Origin: Thermoanaerobaculia bacterium
GTDB taxonomy: Bacteria > Acidobacteriota > Thermoanaerobaculia > UBA5066
NCBI GenBank assembly: GCA_963719225.1
Contig: CAVRAY010000002.1
Location: forward strand, 352,001 to 416,000
Direction of reading: 5' to 3'
DNA length: 64,000 bases
The notes under the pieces are model-generated. The model saw only the letters and a list, made by a program, of their open reading frames with translations. It searched no databases and was not told the DNA's origin. Positions 38,094-47,600 of the stretch are shown one piece after another. A program made the position numbers and the translations under genes. Position 1 is the first letter of the stretch. Each line of letters opens with the position of its first letter.

Positions 38094-41057
38094 ATGCGCC
38101 GATTCCTGGTTCCTCTCTCTCTCTCTCTGCTCCTTCTCGGCGCGCTCGGGGCCTTCGCCCAGGGCGTCACGAACGCGACTCTGCGCGGTCGCGTGACGAA
38201 CGAAGGGCAGGGCCTTCCCGGTGTCGTCGTCTCGATCAAGTCCCCGGCCCTGCAAGGGACCCGCGCGGCCCCGACGTCGGCGAACGGCGACTTCGTCTTT
38301 CCGGGCCTGCCGCCGGGCGAGTACACGGTCACCTTCACGCTGCAGGGCTTCAAGACCGAGGCGCGGACGGTGCCCCTGACGGTCGGGCAGGAGGCGCGGC
38401 TCGACGCGGTCCTGAGCCTCGCGGGCGTCGAGGCCGCCGCCACGGTCGTCGCGAAGTCCGAGACCGTCTCGACGTCGACGCCGCAGGCGGCCCAGACGTT
38501 CACGAAAGAGCTCACGGACGCGCTGCCGGTCACGCGCTCGCTGCTTTCGTCCGTCGCGCTCTCGGCGGGCGTGAACACGAACGGCCCCGGCTCGAGCGAC
38601 CGCATCGGGAACGGCGTGGCGCCCGTCGTCACGATCTCGGGCGGACAGTCCTTCGACAACCTCTTCACGGTGGACGGCGCCGTCGTGACGGACAACGTCC
38701 GCGGCACGCCGAACAACCTCTTCATCGAAGACGCGATCGCCGAGACGACGACGTCGACGTCCACCGTCTCAGCCGAGTTCGGACGCTTCACGGGCGGCGT
38801 CGTGAACACCGTGACGAAGTCCGGAGGAAACAGCTTCAGCGGCTCGTTCCGGACGACCTTCACGAACGCGGCCTGGTCCGCGACGACGCCCGCGAACGAG
38901 GCGACCCCGCAAAAGCTGAATCCGCAATACGAAGCCACCCTCGGCGGGCCGATCTGGAAAGACCACGTCTGGTTCTTCGGCTCCGGCCGCTACTTCGACC
39001 AGACGGCTTCGGGCCAGACGACCTTCACGAACATCTCGTACCCGGTCGGCGACACGGAGAAGCGCTACCAGGGGAAGCTCACGCTGACGCCGGTTGCGAA
39101 CCACACGATCTCGGGGAACTACCTTCACGTCGACGAGGAGCAGACGAACTCGTCCTTCTGCCCCACGGGCTGTCTCGACCTCGACAGCCTCGTTCCGGCG
39201 CGCCAGCTTCCGCAGGAGATCCTGACCGTCAACTACAACGGCGTCCTCTCGAACTCGTTCTTCGTCGAAGGCCTCTATTCGCGCCGGAAGTTCACGTTCG
39301 AGAACGCGGGCTCCCCGTACACGGACCTCATCAAGGGAACGATCATCCGCGACCTCTCGCGCAGCCGGGCGCGATACAACTCGCCGACATTCTGCGGCGT
39401 CTGCGATCCCGAGTCCCGCGACAACCGGGACTACCTGGTCAAGGGCACGTGGTTCCTCTCCACGGGCTCCCTCGGCTCCCACAACATCGTCTCGGGCTAC
39501 GACAACTTCTCGGGCCAGAGGAAGGCGAACAACTACCAGTCCGGGAGCAACTACCGTCTCTTCGTGACGAACACGCTCATCACGAACAACGATCTCTTCC
39601 CGGTCGTCGACTCGCACTCCTACGTCTACTACACGCCGATCTTCAACCTGAGCAAGGGGACGGACGCGCTCACGCACTCCGTCTTCGTGAACGACTCCTG
39701 GCGACTGAACGACCGGCTTTCGGTGAACCTCGGCGTCCGCTGGGACAAGAACCACGCCAAGGACTCGAACGGGGTCGTTCGCGCGGACGACAGCGCGTTC
39801 AGCCCGCGGCTCGCGGCCGCGTGGGACGTCTCGGGCAAGGGGACGCTCCGCGTGGGGGCGAGCTATGCGAAGTACGTCGGCGCGATCCAGGACAGCCTCG
39901 TGGACTCCTCGTCCGACGGCGGCTCGCCCGCGCTCTTCATCTGGTACTACGACGGCCCGGGTGCGACCCCGATCAACGTGAACCCGGCTCCCGGCGCGCC
40001 CCTCGTGACGCGCGCGCAGGCCCTCCAGCAGGTATTCGACTGGTTTTTCTCCCAGGGCTGCCCGACCCTCTCGACCTGCAAGCTGCCGCTCGCGTACGCG
40101 AGCGTCCCCGGCCTCTCGACGAAGATCCTGAGCTCGCTGGACTCGCCCTCGACGATCGAATACGCGGCGACGGTGGCGGGGAACGTCGGTTCGTCCCTGG
40201 CCTATCGCGTCGACGTCGTGAGGCGCGAGGGCCGGGATTTCTACAACAACGTGATCAACGGCTCGACCGGGACCGGCGCCGACGAGTTCGGCAATCAGTT
40301 CGACATCGGCTTCATCAACAACTCCAACAGCGTGAAGCGGAACTACACAGGCCTTCACACGAGCCTCTCGTACCGCAGCGGATCCTTCAACGGCGGAATA
40401 AACTGGACGTGGTCCCACACGCTCGGAAACCTGAACGGCGAGACGGCGGCCTCCGGGCCCGTGCCGAACACGACCGAGGCGTACCCCGAGTTCAAGGATC
40501 CGGCCTGGAACAACCCCTACGGGTCCCTCGCGACGGACGAACGGCACCGCGTGAAGCTCTTCGCGTCGTACACCGTGCCGCTCCTGCCGGCGCGCCTCGG
40601 GTCGCTCAACGTCGCCCTCGTCCAATCGGTCGACAGCGGCATCCCGTACGGAGCCGTCGGGCTCGTGGATTCGCGGAGCTACGTGACGGGCGCTCCGAAC
40701 TACATCACCCCGCCGACCTCGGTGAACTACTACTTCACGGGCCGCGATGCGTTCCGGACGGACACGATCTACCGGACCGACCTCGCCCTGACCTTGACGA
40801 CCCGGATCGCCGGCTTGGTCGAGGTCTTCGTCCAGCCGCAGGTTCTGAACGCCCTGAACCGCCACGGTCTCGTCGGCGTTTCGACGGCGGTGCGGACGGC
40901 CGTGAATTCATCCGCCTACCAGAGGTTCAACCCGTTCACGACCGTGCCGGTCCAGGGAACGAACTGGGACTACAGCCCGACGTTCGGACACGCGCGCAAC
41001 AACCTCGACTACCAGCTCCCGCGGACGTTCACGATCGCCGCCGGCCTCCGCTTCTGA
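38094..41057 (+). CDS. TonB-dependent outer-membrane receptor 2 (paralog of receptor 1)
   Basis: AAGGAGG RBS. Same plug and barrel motifs as receptor 1, C-terminal GLRF. Confidence 0.92.
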   Translation: MRRFLVPLSLSLLLLGALGAFAQGVTNATLRGRVTNEGQGLPGVVVSIKSPALQGTRAAPTSANGDFVFPGLPPGEYTVTFTLQGFKTEARTVPLTVGQEARLDAVLSLAGVEAAATVVAKSETVSTSTPQAAQTFTKELTDALPVTRSLLSSVALSAGVNTNGPGSSDRIGNGVAPVVTISGGQSFDNLFTVDGAVVTDNVRGTPNNLFIEDAIAETTTSTSTVSAEFGRFTGGVVNTVTKSGGNSFSGSFRTTFTNAAWSATTPANEATPQKLNPQYEATLGGPIWKDHVWFFGSGRYFDQTASGQTTFTNISYPVGDTEKRYQGKLTLTPVANHTISGNYLHVDEEQTNSSFCPTGCLDLDSLVPARQLPQEILTVNYNGVLSNSFFVEGLYSRRKFTFENAGSPYTDLIKGTIIRDLSRSRARYNSPTFCGVCDPESRDNRDYLVKGTWFLSTGSLGSHNIVSGYDNFSGQRKANNYQSGSNYRLFVTNTLITNNDLFPVVDSHSYVYYTPIFNLSKGTDALTHSVFVNDSWRLNDRLSVNLGVRWDKNHAKDSNGVVRADDSAFSPRLAAAWDVSGKGTLRVGASYAKYVGAIQDSLVDSSSDGGSPALFIWYYDGPGATPINVNPAPGAPLVTRAQALQQVFDWFFSQGCPTLSTCKLPLAYASVPGLSTKILSSLDSPSTIEYAATVAGNVGSSLAYRVDVVRREGRDFYNNVINGSTGTGADEFGNQFDIGFINNSNSVKRNYTGLHTSLSYRSGSFNGGINWTWSHTLGNLNGETAASGPVPNTTEAYPEFKDPAWNNPYGSLATDERHRVKLFASYTVPLLPARLGSLNVALVQSVDSGIPYGAVGLVDSRSYVTGAPNYITPPTSVNYYFTGRDAFRTDTIYRTDLALTLTTRIAGLVEVFVQPQVLNALNRHGLVGVSTAVRTAVNSSAYQRFNPFTTVPVQGTNWDYSPTFGHARNNLDYQLPRTFTIAAGLRF
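38113..38128 (+). repeat. (CT)8 dinucleotide tract in the signal-peptide coding region of receptor 2
   Basis: CTCTCTCTCTCTCTCT spans codons 7-12 (PLSLSL). Confidence 0.85.
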
Positions 41058-41078
41058 CGGCCGCCGCTCCGAGGACCA

Positions 41079-41110
41079 GGCCCCGGCCCGTGCCGGGGCC
41101 TTTTCCTTTT
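41079..41110 (+). terminator. Intrinsic terminator after receptor 2
   Basis: GGCCCCGGC-CCGT-GCCGGGGCC followed by TTTTCCTTTT. Confidence 0.85.
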
Positions 41111-41148
41111 CCGGCAACCCCGTCCCCGCCCCGGCCGTATCCAGCCCG

Positions 41149-42339
41149 ATGGAACGTGTCTTCATCCCGTTCATGAGGGCCCTCATCCCGCGGTGGACGC
41201 AGCCCGGACTCCCAGAGCCGAAGATCGGCGATGAGCCCTTCGTGAAGACGTTCTGGACGAGGACCTCGGCGAACGTCGCGGCATGGACCGTGGCCGGCTT
41301 CTTCTTCGCGAGCCAGCTCTACTTCCTCTACCCCATCGCGTCCGGCCGCGAGATGTCGTTCTCGCGCGCGCTCCTCATCAACCTGCCGTTCTACTACCTC
41401 TGGGCGCTCGTGACGCCCGCGATTCTCGGCGTCGCGCGACGCTTCCCGATCGAGCGGACGGGCTGGAAGAAACCCCTCCTCATCCACCTCGCCGCGTCGA
41501 TGATCCTCTCGGCCGTGCAGCTCTTCCTCGCCGGCGCCGTTCTGCACGCCCTCGGCGGCGCGGCGCTGAGCCGCGCGGACTCCTTCTGGACGACGCTCGC
41601 GCAGTTCTTCCGGCTGAACTTCCACGCGAACGTCCTCACGTACTGGGCGCTCGTGGGTCTCGCCTGGGGGACCGACACCTACGCGAAGTACCGCGACCGC
41701 GAGCTCGCCGCGTCCCGGCTCCAGACGCAGCTCGCGCAGGCCGAGCTCTCCGCCCTCAAGATGCAGCTGCAGCCCCACTTCCTGTTCAACACGCTCAACG
41801 CCATCGCGGCGCTGTTGAAGACGAAGCCCGACGCGGCCGAGGGCATGATCCTGCAGCTCTCGGAGTTTCTGCGCGTGACGCTGAACAACACGGGCCGGCC
41901 CGACGTCACGCTGCGCGAGGAGCTCGAGTTCCTCGAGCGCTACCTCGCGATCGAGAAGACGCGCTTCCAGGACCGCCTCTCCACGCGTTTCAGGATCCGG
42001 ACCGAAGTCCTCGACGTGCGCGTCCCAAACCTCCTCCTGCAGCCTCTCGTCGAGAACGCCATCCGGCACGGGATCGCGAAGGACCGCCGCGCGGGACGCC
42101 TCGAGGTGAGCGCGACGCACGACCAGGGACGTCTGCTCCTGCGGGTGACGGACGATGGTCCGGGGGCGCCGCCCGGGCGCGTCATCGAGGGGATCGGCCT
42201 GACGAACACGCGCGAGCGCCTGCGACACCTTTACGGGGACGCGTACTCCCTCGAATACGGGAACGCTCCCGGCGGAGGGTTTCGCGTCTCTCTCTCCCTG
42301 CCGCTCGTGTCCCCCGAAAGCGATTCATCGTCCCCGTGA
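41149..42339 (+). CDS. LytS/YehU-type sensor histidine kinase
   Basis: N-terminal TM helices. LKMQLQPHFLFNTLN, LQPLVENAIRHG, DDGPG and GIGLTN. The exact start is uncertain. Confidence 0.93.
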   Translation: MERVFIPFMRALIPRWTQPGLPEPKIGDEPFVKTFWTRTSANVAAWTVAGFFFASQLYFLYPIASGREMSFSRALLINLPFYYLWALVTPAILGVARRFPIERTGWKKPLLIHLAASMILSAVQLFLAGAVLHALGGAALSRADSFWTTLAQFFRLNFHANVLTYWALVGLAWGTDTYAKYRDRELAASRLQTQLAQAELSALKMQLQPHFLFNTLNAIAALLKTKPDAAEGMILQLSEFLRVTLNNTGRPDVTLREELEFLERYLAIEKTRFQDRLSTRFRIRTEVLDVRVPNLLLQPLVENAIRHGIAKDRRAGRLEVSATHDQGRLLLRVTDDGPGAPPGRVIEGIGLTNTRERLRHLYGDAYSLEYGNAPGGGFRVSLSLPLVSPESDSSSP

Positions 42340-42355
42340 ATCGGCGGACCGTCCC
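42307..42355 (+). promoter_or_regulatory. Putative LytTR-binding direct repeats (21-bp period)
   Basis: GTGTCCC at 42307, TCGTCCC at 42328 and CCGTCCC at 42349, upstream of the ATG at 42400. Confidence 0.4.
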
Positions 42356-42399
42356 GCGAGACGCGACGCGCGCGCGTTCCGGGCCGAGATTGAGTCGCG

Positions 42400-43020
42400 A
42401 TGGCAACGCGACGAACGCTTCGGCGACTTCTTCTGGCCGCGCTCCCCTCCGTCCTTTCCTTCGCGCTTTCCGCCCCGGCCGTGAACCAGCCGCACGAGGA
42501 GTTCGCGACGGGAGACGTTCGCGCCGCGTCTGACGCGTCCCCGGAGCATCTCCTCGAGACCACGCTTCGGATGCCCGCGTACCGCCTCTGGGCGAAGGCG
42601 GGCTTCGGCGGCCCGCCGCTCGAGCTCGCGGCGTGGGTTCTCTCCGTGGACGCAAGTCACGTGCGCTGGCAGGCCTGGCCGGACGGGCGCCAGCACCTTC
42701 AGGCGCACTGGAGGGGACCGGTCCCGGCCGAGGCGGTCGCGATCGTGCATACACATCCGGCCGTGGTGGACCCGAAACCCTCGCCGCAGGACATCGTGAC
42801 CGCACGCCGCCTTGGCATCCCCGTCTACACCGTATCCCGCACGGGAATCTGGAAAGCCGGCCCGGACGGGCTGGTCGTGGCGGTCGAGGACGCGCATTGG
42901 TGGGCCGGCTGCCGCTCGGGTGCGTGCGACGAGCCGGAGCGCGATCCGGAATTCCGGAGCGCGCGCGCCGGTGGCGACTTCGAAACCTCGAGCCGGAATC
43001 CGCGTATCGCTGAGAGATGA
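42400..43020 (+). CDS. Signal-peptide-bearing JAB/JAMM(MPN+)-like metalloprotein
   Basis: Basic plus hydrophobic N-terminus. E (LELAAWV) precedes AIVHTHP-x7-SPQD. Stop overlaps the LytTR start (ATGA). Confidence 0.62.
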   Translation: MATRRTLRRLLLAALPSVLSFALSAPAVNQPHEEFATGDVRAASDASPEHLLETTLRMPAYRLWAKAGFGGPPLELAAWVLSVDASHVRWQAWPDGRQHLQAHWRGPVPAEAVAIVHTHPAVVDPKPSPQDIVTARRLGIPVYTVSRTGIWKAGPDGLVVAVEDAHWWAGCRSGACDEPERDPEFRSARAGGDFETSSRNPRIAER

Positions 43021-43799
43021 AAGGCACGATTCGGACCCTCGTCGTGGACGACGAGCCTCTGGCGCGGGAAAGACTGCGCAGCCTCCTGGCCGAGGAGCCG
43101 GAGATCGAGATCGTGGGCGAGTGCGGCGACGGCTGTCAGGCCGTTCTCGCGATCGAGGAGCTCAAGCCCGATCTCGTCTTCCTCGACGTCCAGGTGCCGA
43201 ACCTCGACGGGTTTCACATCCTCGAAAGCGTCGGCGCCGATCGCATCCCGGCGGTCATCTTCGTCACGGCGTACGACCAGTACGCGCTGCGCGCGTTCGA
43301 GGTGCGAGCCGTGGACTACGTCCTGAAGCCGTTCGGCCGCGAACGGCTCCACCAGGCGCTCGAGAAGGCCCGCGCGCAGATCACGCGCGAGAAATCGAGC
43401 GACCTCTCGGGGCAGCTCGTTGCGCTCCTCGAGGAGATGCGCCCGCCGCAGCAGCGGTACCTGAAGCGCATCATGATCAAGGAGAGCGGACGGCTCTTCT
43501 TCCTGAGGACCGCGGACATCGACTGGGTCGAGGCTTCCGGAAACTACGTCAGGCTCCACGTTGGCGCCGAGTCCCATCTCCTGCGAGAAACGATGAACGG
43601 GCTCGAAGGCCGCCTCGACCCGGAGCGGTTCCTGAGAATCCACCGCTCCACGATCGTGAACATCGAGCGCATCAAGGAGCTGCAGCCGTGGTTCCACGGG
43701 GACTACATCGTGATCCTCCGCGACGACCGCCAGCTCACGATGAGCGCGAGCTACCGCGAGAAGCTCGACGAGCTGCGCGGCCGGACGCTCGCCTCCTGA
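43017..43799 (+). CDS. LytTR-family response regulator
   Basis: Receiver motifs VDDEPLAR, FLDVQVP and TAYD, and LytTR domain FLRIHRSTIVN. Confidence 0.96.
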   Translation: MKGTIRTLVVDDEPLARERLRSLLAEEPEIEIVGECGDGCQAVLAIEELKPDLVFLDVQVPNLDGFHILESVGADRIPAVIFVTAYDQYALRAFEVRAVDYVLKPFGRERLHQALEKARAQITREKSSDLSGQLVALLEEMRPPQQRYLKRIMIKESGRLFFLRTADIDWVEASGNYVRLHVGAESHLLRETMNGLEGRLDPERFLRIHRSTIVNIERIKELQPWFHGDYIVILRDDRQLTMSASYREKLDELRGRTLAS

Positions 43800-43830
43800 C
43801 GCCTCTCGTTCCGACACAAGGAGGTCCGAC

Positions 43831-44499
43831 ATGAACGATCGCCGGAGGTTGGCCGGCTTTTTCCTGGCCGCGTTTCTCGTCGCCGGGGCTTCGGACGCCG
43901 CCGGCGCCCCTGCCGGCTACACCCGCAACGTGGCGATCGTCCTCTACGAGGGCGTCGAGATCCTGGACTTCGCGGGCCCCACGGAGGTCTTCCAGTCTGC
44001 GTCGGGATTCGGCGAGGCTGAGGTGACGCTGACCGTCTGCACGGGCGTGTTCGCCCTGGCGAAGACTCCCCTCGTGGAGGGAAAGGCGATCACGACGTGG
44101 TACGGCGCCCTCGAGAACCTGAAGAAGGCGGCGCCGCTCTCGACCGTCCAGGCCGGGCGCCGCTTCATCGACAACGACCGGTTCGTCACGACGGCGGGAG
44201 TCTCCGCGGGGATCGACGGGTCCCTCCACCTCGTCGCGCGCCTTCTCGGTCGGGCGATCGCCGACCGTACGGCACGCTACATGGAGTACCACTGGACCCC
44301 CGAGGCCTACCTCTCCGAGCGCTACCAGCTCCTCAATCCGAGCACGGACGCGCGCGGGCGCTCCCTCCAGCTCGCGCAGATTCACGTGGACGAAGGACGC
44401 GCCGAAGAAGCCGCGCGGATCTGCCGCGATCTGCTCGCGAAGAATCCGAAAGACGCCTCGGCTGCGGCGATCCTCGCCTCCATCGATCGAAAGAGCTGA
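43831..44499 (+). CDS. Secreted DJ-1/PfpI-family protein with apparent internal in-frame deletion and TPR-like tail
   Basis: AAGGAGG RBS and signal peptide. EILDFAGPTEVF, VCTG and TTAGVSAGID are present, but the central PGG-containing segment is absent. Confidence 0.72.
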   Translation: MNDRRRLAGFFLAAFLVAGASDAAGAPAGYTRNVAIVLYEGVEILDFAGPTEVFQSASGFGEAEVTLTVCTGVFALAKTPLVEGKAITTWYGALENLKKAAPLSTVQAGRRFIDNDRFVTTAGVSAGIDGSLHLVARLLGRAIADRTARYMEYHWTPEAYLSERYQLLNPSTDARGRSLQLAQIHVDEGRAEEAARICRDLLAKNPKDASAAAILASIDRKS

Positions 44500-44533
44500 C
44501 GAAAACGCGTCCGGATTTCCGGAGGAGAAGGGT

Positions 44534-44584
44534 CTCCGTCAGCGGCCCGGTGCCCTCCGTCCCCGGCCGGGGAGCGCCCGTCAC
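44534..44584 (+). promoter_or_regulatory. Putative LytTR-binding triple direct repeat (9-bp boxes, 12-bp spacers)
   Basis: CTCCGTCAG (44534), CTCCGTCCC (44555) and GCCCGTCAC (44576), upstream of receptor 3. Confidence 0.55.
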
Positions 44585-44675
44585 AACACCCGTGTTCGTA
44601 GGGTTCCGCGAACGCACTCTCCACCACACGACCCGAATCCTGCAGAGGTTCGGTCGCCTTGGGAGGAGGGGTGCG

Positions 44676-47600
44676 ATGCGCCATTCACGATGTCCTTTCC
44701 TGATCCTCGTCATCGCGTTCTGCGCGGCGTTCTCGGCCGTCGCGCAGACCACCGGCGACCTCGAGGGCACCGTCGCCGACCAGAACGGGGCGCCGCTCCC
44801 CGGCGTCTCGGTGGAGCTCAAGTCGCCGCAGCTCCAGGGCACGAGAACCGCCGTGACCGACACCGCTGGCCGGTACCGCTTTCCGGTCCTCTCCCCGGGC
44901 GTCTATTCCGTCACCGCGCAGCTGTCGGGCTTCGCGAAGGTGGAGCGCGCGGGGCTGAAGGTCTCGCTCGGCGCGACGACCACGATTCCGATCACGATGA
45001 GCATCTCCGTCAAGGAAGAGATCGTCGTGACCTCGGAGGCGCCGGCGGTCGACACCTCGAAGACGACGATCGGGACGACGGCGTCCCTCGACTCCATCCA
45101 GAGGCTGCCGCTCGGGCGGAACTTCGCGTCCATCGCGAGCACGGTCGCCGGGACCGGGACGGACATCTCCGGGAACGTCACCGTGTACGGGGCCACGGGC
45201 CTCGAGAACGCCTACATCATCGACGGCGTCAACACGACGGGCGTGAAGACGGGAACCCAGGCCAAGCAGCTCAACAACGAGTTCATCCAGGAAGTCGAGG
45301 TCAAGACCGGAGGCTACGAAGCCGAGTACGGCCGCGTTCTCGGAGGCACGATCAACGTCGTGACGAAGTCCGGCGGAAACGAGTTCCGGGGCGACGCTTT
45401 CGGCTACTACGATTCCGGATCTCTCGCGTCGAGCGACAGGCGCACGGCCGACCGGAGCGCCGCGAACCAGGGTGAGTTCTTCTCGCCGAAACGCCTCGAC
45501 ATCGGCGCGGATCTCGGCGGCTACTTCGTGAAGGACCGGCTCTGGTTCTTCGGAGCCTACGACCGCGTGAACCAGGACCAGGACTACACGCGCACGCTCG
45601 CGGTGCTTCGCGACGCGGCCCAGACGAAGGTCCAGACCTCGAACACCGACACGTACCGAAACAACCTCTACTCGGGAAAGCTCACGTTCCGCCTCGGGGA
45701 GTCGAACACCATCGCGGCTTCCATCTTCGGCGATCCCGGGACGTTCAGCGGGCGCTACGACCTGACGCAGATCTCCGTCATGATCGGCTCGGACGGCGCC
45801 TGGCTCGTCGACCGGAACGTCGGCGGCTCCGACTTCTCAGGTCGCTGGGACGGCCTCTTCGGCACGAAGTTCCTCGGGCAGGCGCAGGTCGGCTACCACA
45901 CGGAGAAAAGGCAGGACTCCAGTCCGCTCTCCGGCGTGCCGTACCTCGAGAAACAGCAGGCGGGCTTCCCCACGGAGTCGCTCCCCGGCTCCGGCCCCGT
46001 CTTTCTCGAAGACTCGAAATTCCAGCGCTACGTGTACCGGGCCTCCGGGACCCTGTTCGTGGGACCGCACGAGCTCAAGGCCGGCCTCGACTGGGAGCAC
46101 CTGAACTCGGACTTTTCGGAATCGTACGGCGGGACTGACCGGATCCGGACGCGGCTGACGGCGGCTGGAGCGCTGAACAACTACCAGCACCGCTATTTCG
46201 CCAAGACGCCCCTCTCCGGCGCGAACTGCCTCGGTCTCCTCGACCCGAGCGGTCCGGCGGCCTTCCCGAACTGCACCGGATACGCGATCGCGCCGACCGT
46301 CGACAACAACCCGATCACCGACAACGTCGGCCTCTTCGCGCAGGACTCCTTCAAGGTCCTCAAGAACCTCACGATCAACGCCGGGGTCCGCTACGAGCAG
46401 CAGCGCCTCAAGGACTTCACGGGCACGACGCTCGTGAAGATCGACGACGAGTGGTCGCCGCGCCTCGGTATCGTGTGGGACTTCGCCGGGAACGGCAGGA
46501 CGAAGCTCTACGCGAACTACGGCCGCTTCTACGAGGTCATTCCGCAGGACATCCAGACCCGCGCGCTCGGCAACGAGTTCATCATCTTCGCGCGCAACTC
46601 GAGCCCGACGGCGGACCCGGTCGACCTCTTCCTCGGCGCTCCCATCGTGCAGGGGGGCGAGCTCGTCCAGAACAACCTCAAGGGCATGTACCAGGACGAG
46701 ATCATCGGCGGCGTGGAAGTCGAGATCGCCAAGAACTGGGCGATCGGCATCAAGGGCATCTACCGCGGTCTCGGCCGCGTCGTCGAGGACCGCTGCGATC
46801 TCGCGATCAACCCCGACATCGCGCAGTACTTCAACCCCTCGAGTCCCGCGACCTGCGCTCTCATCAATCCCGGGCAGGGAGACGCGCTCGGGACGATCAA
46901 GGATCCTTTCGACACGACGTGCTACCCGAACGGCGAGACGGACGCGGCGGGCAACCTCGTCGCCGGGGCGCCGTGCGACTCCACGCAGCCGCGCCGTTAT
47001 TTCCGCGGCCTCGAGGTGACCGCGACGCACCGCTTCTCGAACAGCTTCTACCTCCTCGCGTCGTACCTCTACTCGAAGCTCGAGGGGAATTACTCGGGCA
47101 ACCTCTCGCAGACACGTGAGGGCGGCCAGGCGGATCCGAACATCAACGCCGACTTCGACTACCCCGGCCTCGTCACGAACGCCTCCGGCCGGCTGCGCAA
47201 CGACCGCACGCATCAATTCAAGGTTTCCGGCTACTACGCGTTCCCCTTCGGCCTGACGGTGGGCGCGAACGCCTTCTACAACACGGGCCGCCCGTACTCG
47301 ATCCGCGGCTGTGCGTCGGACGCGGTCGCGTGCAACGCCGGGTACAGCCAGGAGGGCTACCTCGTGCCGCGCGGCTCGGCGGGCGATCTTCCCGCGGCTT
47401 ACGAGGCCGACCTGCACCTCGAATACGCCTTGCGCTTCGGCAACGTCTCCGTCACGCCCATCGTCGACATCTTCAACCTCCTCGACCGGCAGGGCGTCCT
47501 GAGCCGTGAGGAGCTCTTCAACAACACCGGCGCGACCGCCGCGAACGACCCGCGGAGCGGCATCGGCCAGCCCGGGTGCACGGCGCAGAACGCGAGCCTG

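Noticed and set aside
42400-43020. CBASS or ubiquitin-like anti-phage system suggested by the JAB motif
   Set aside because: No CD-NTase, E1/E2, Ubl or effector gene in the window, and the protein appears exported.
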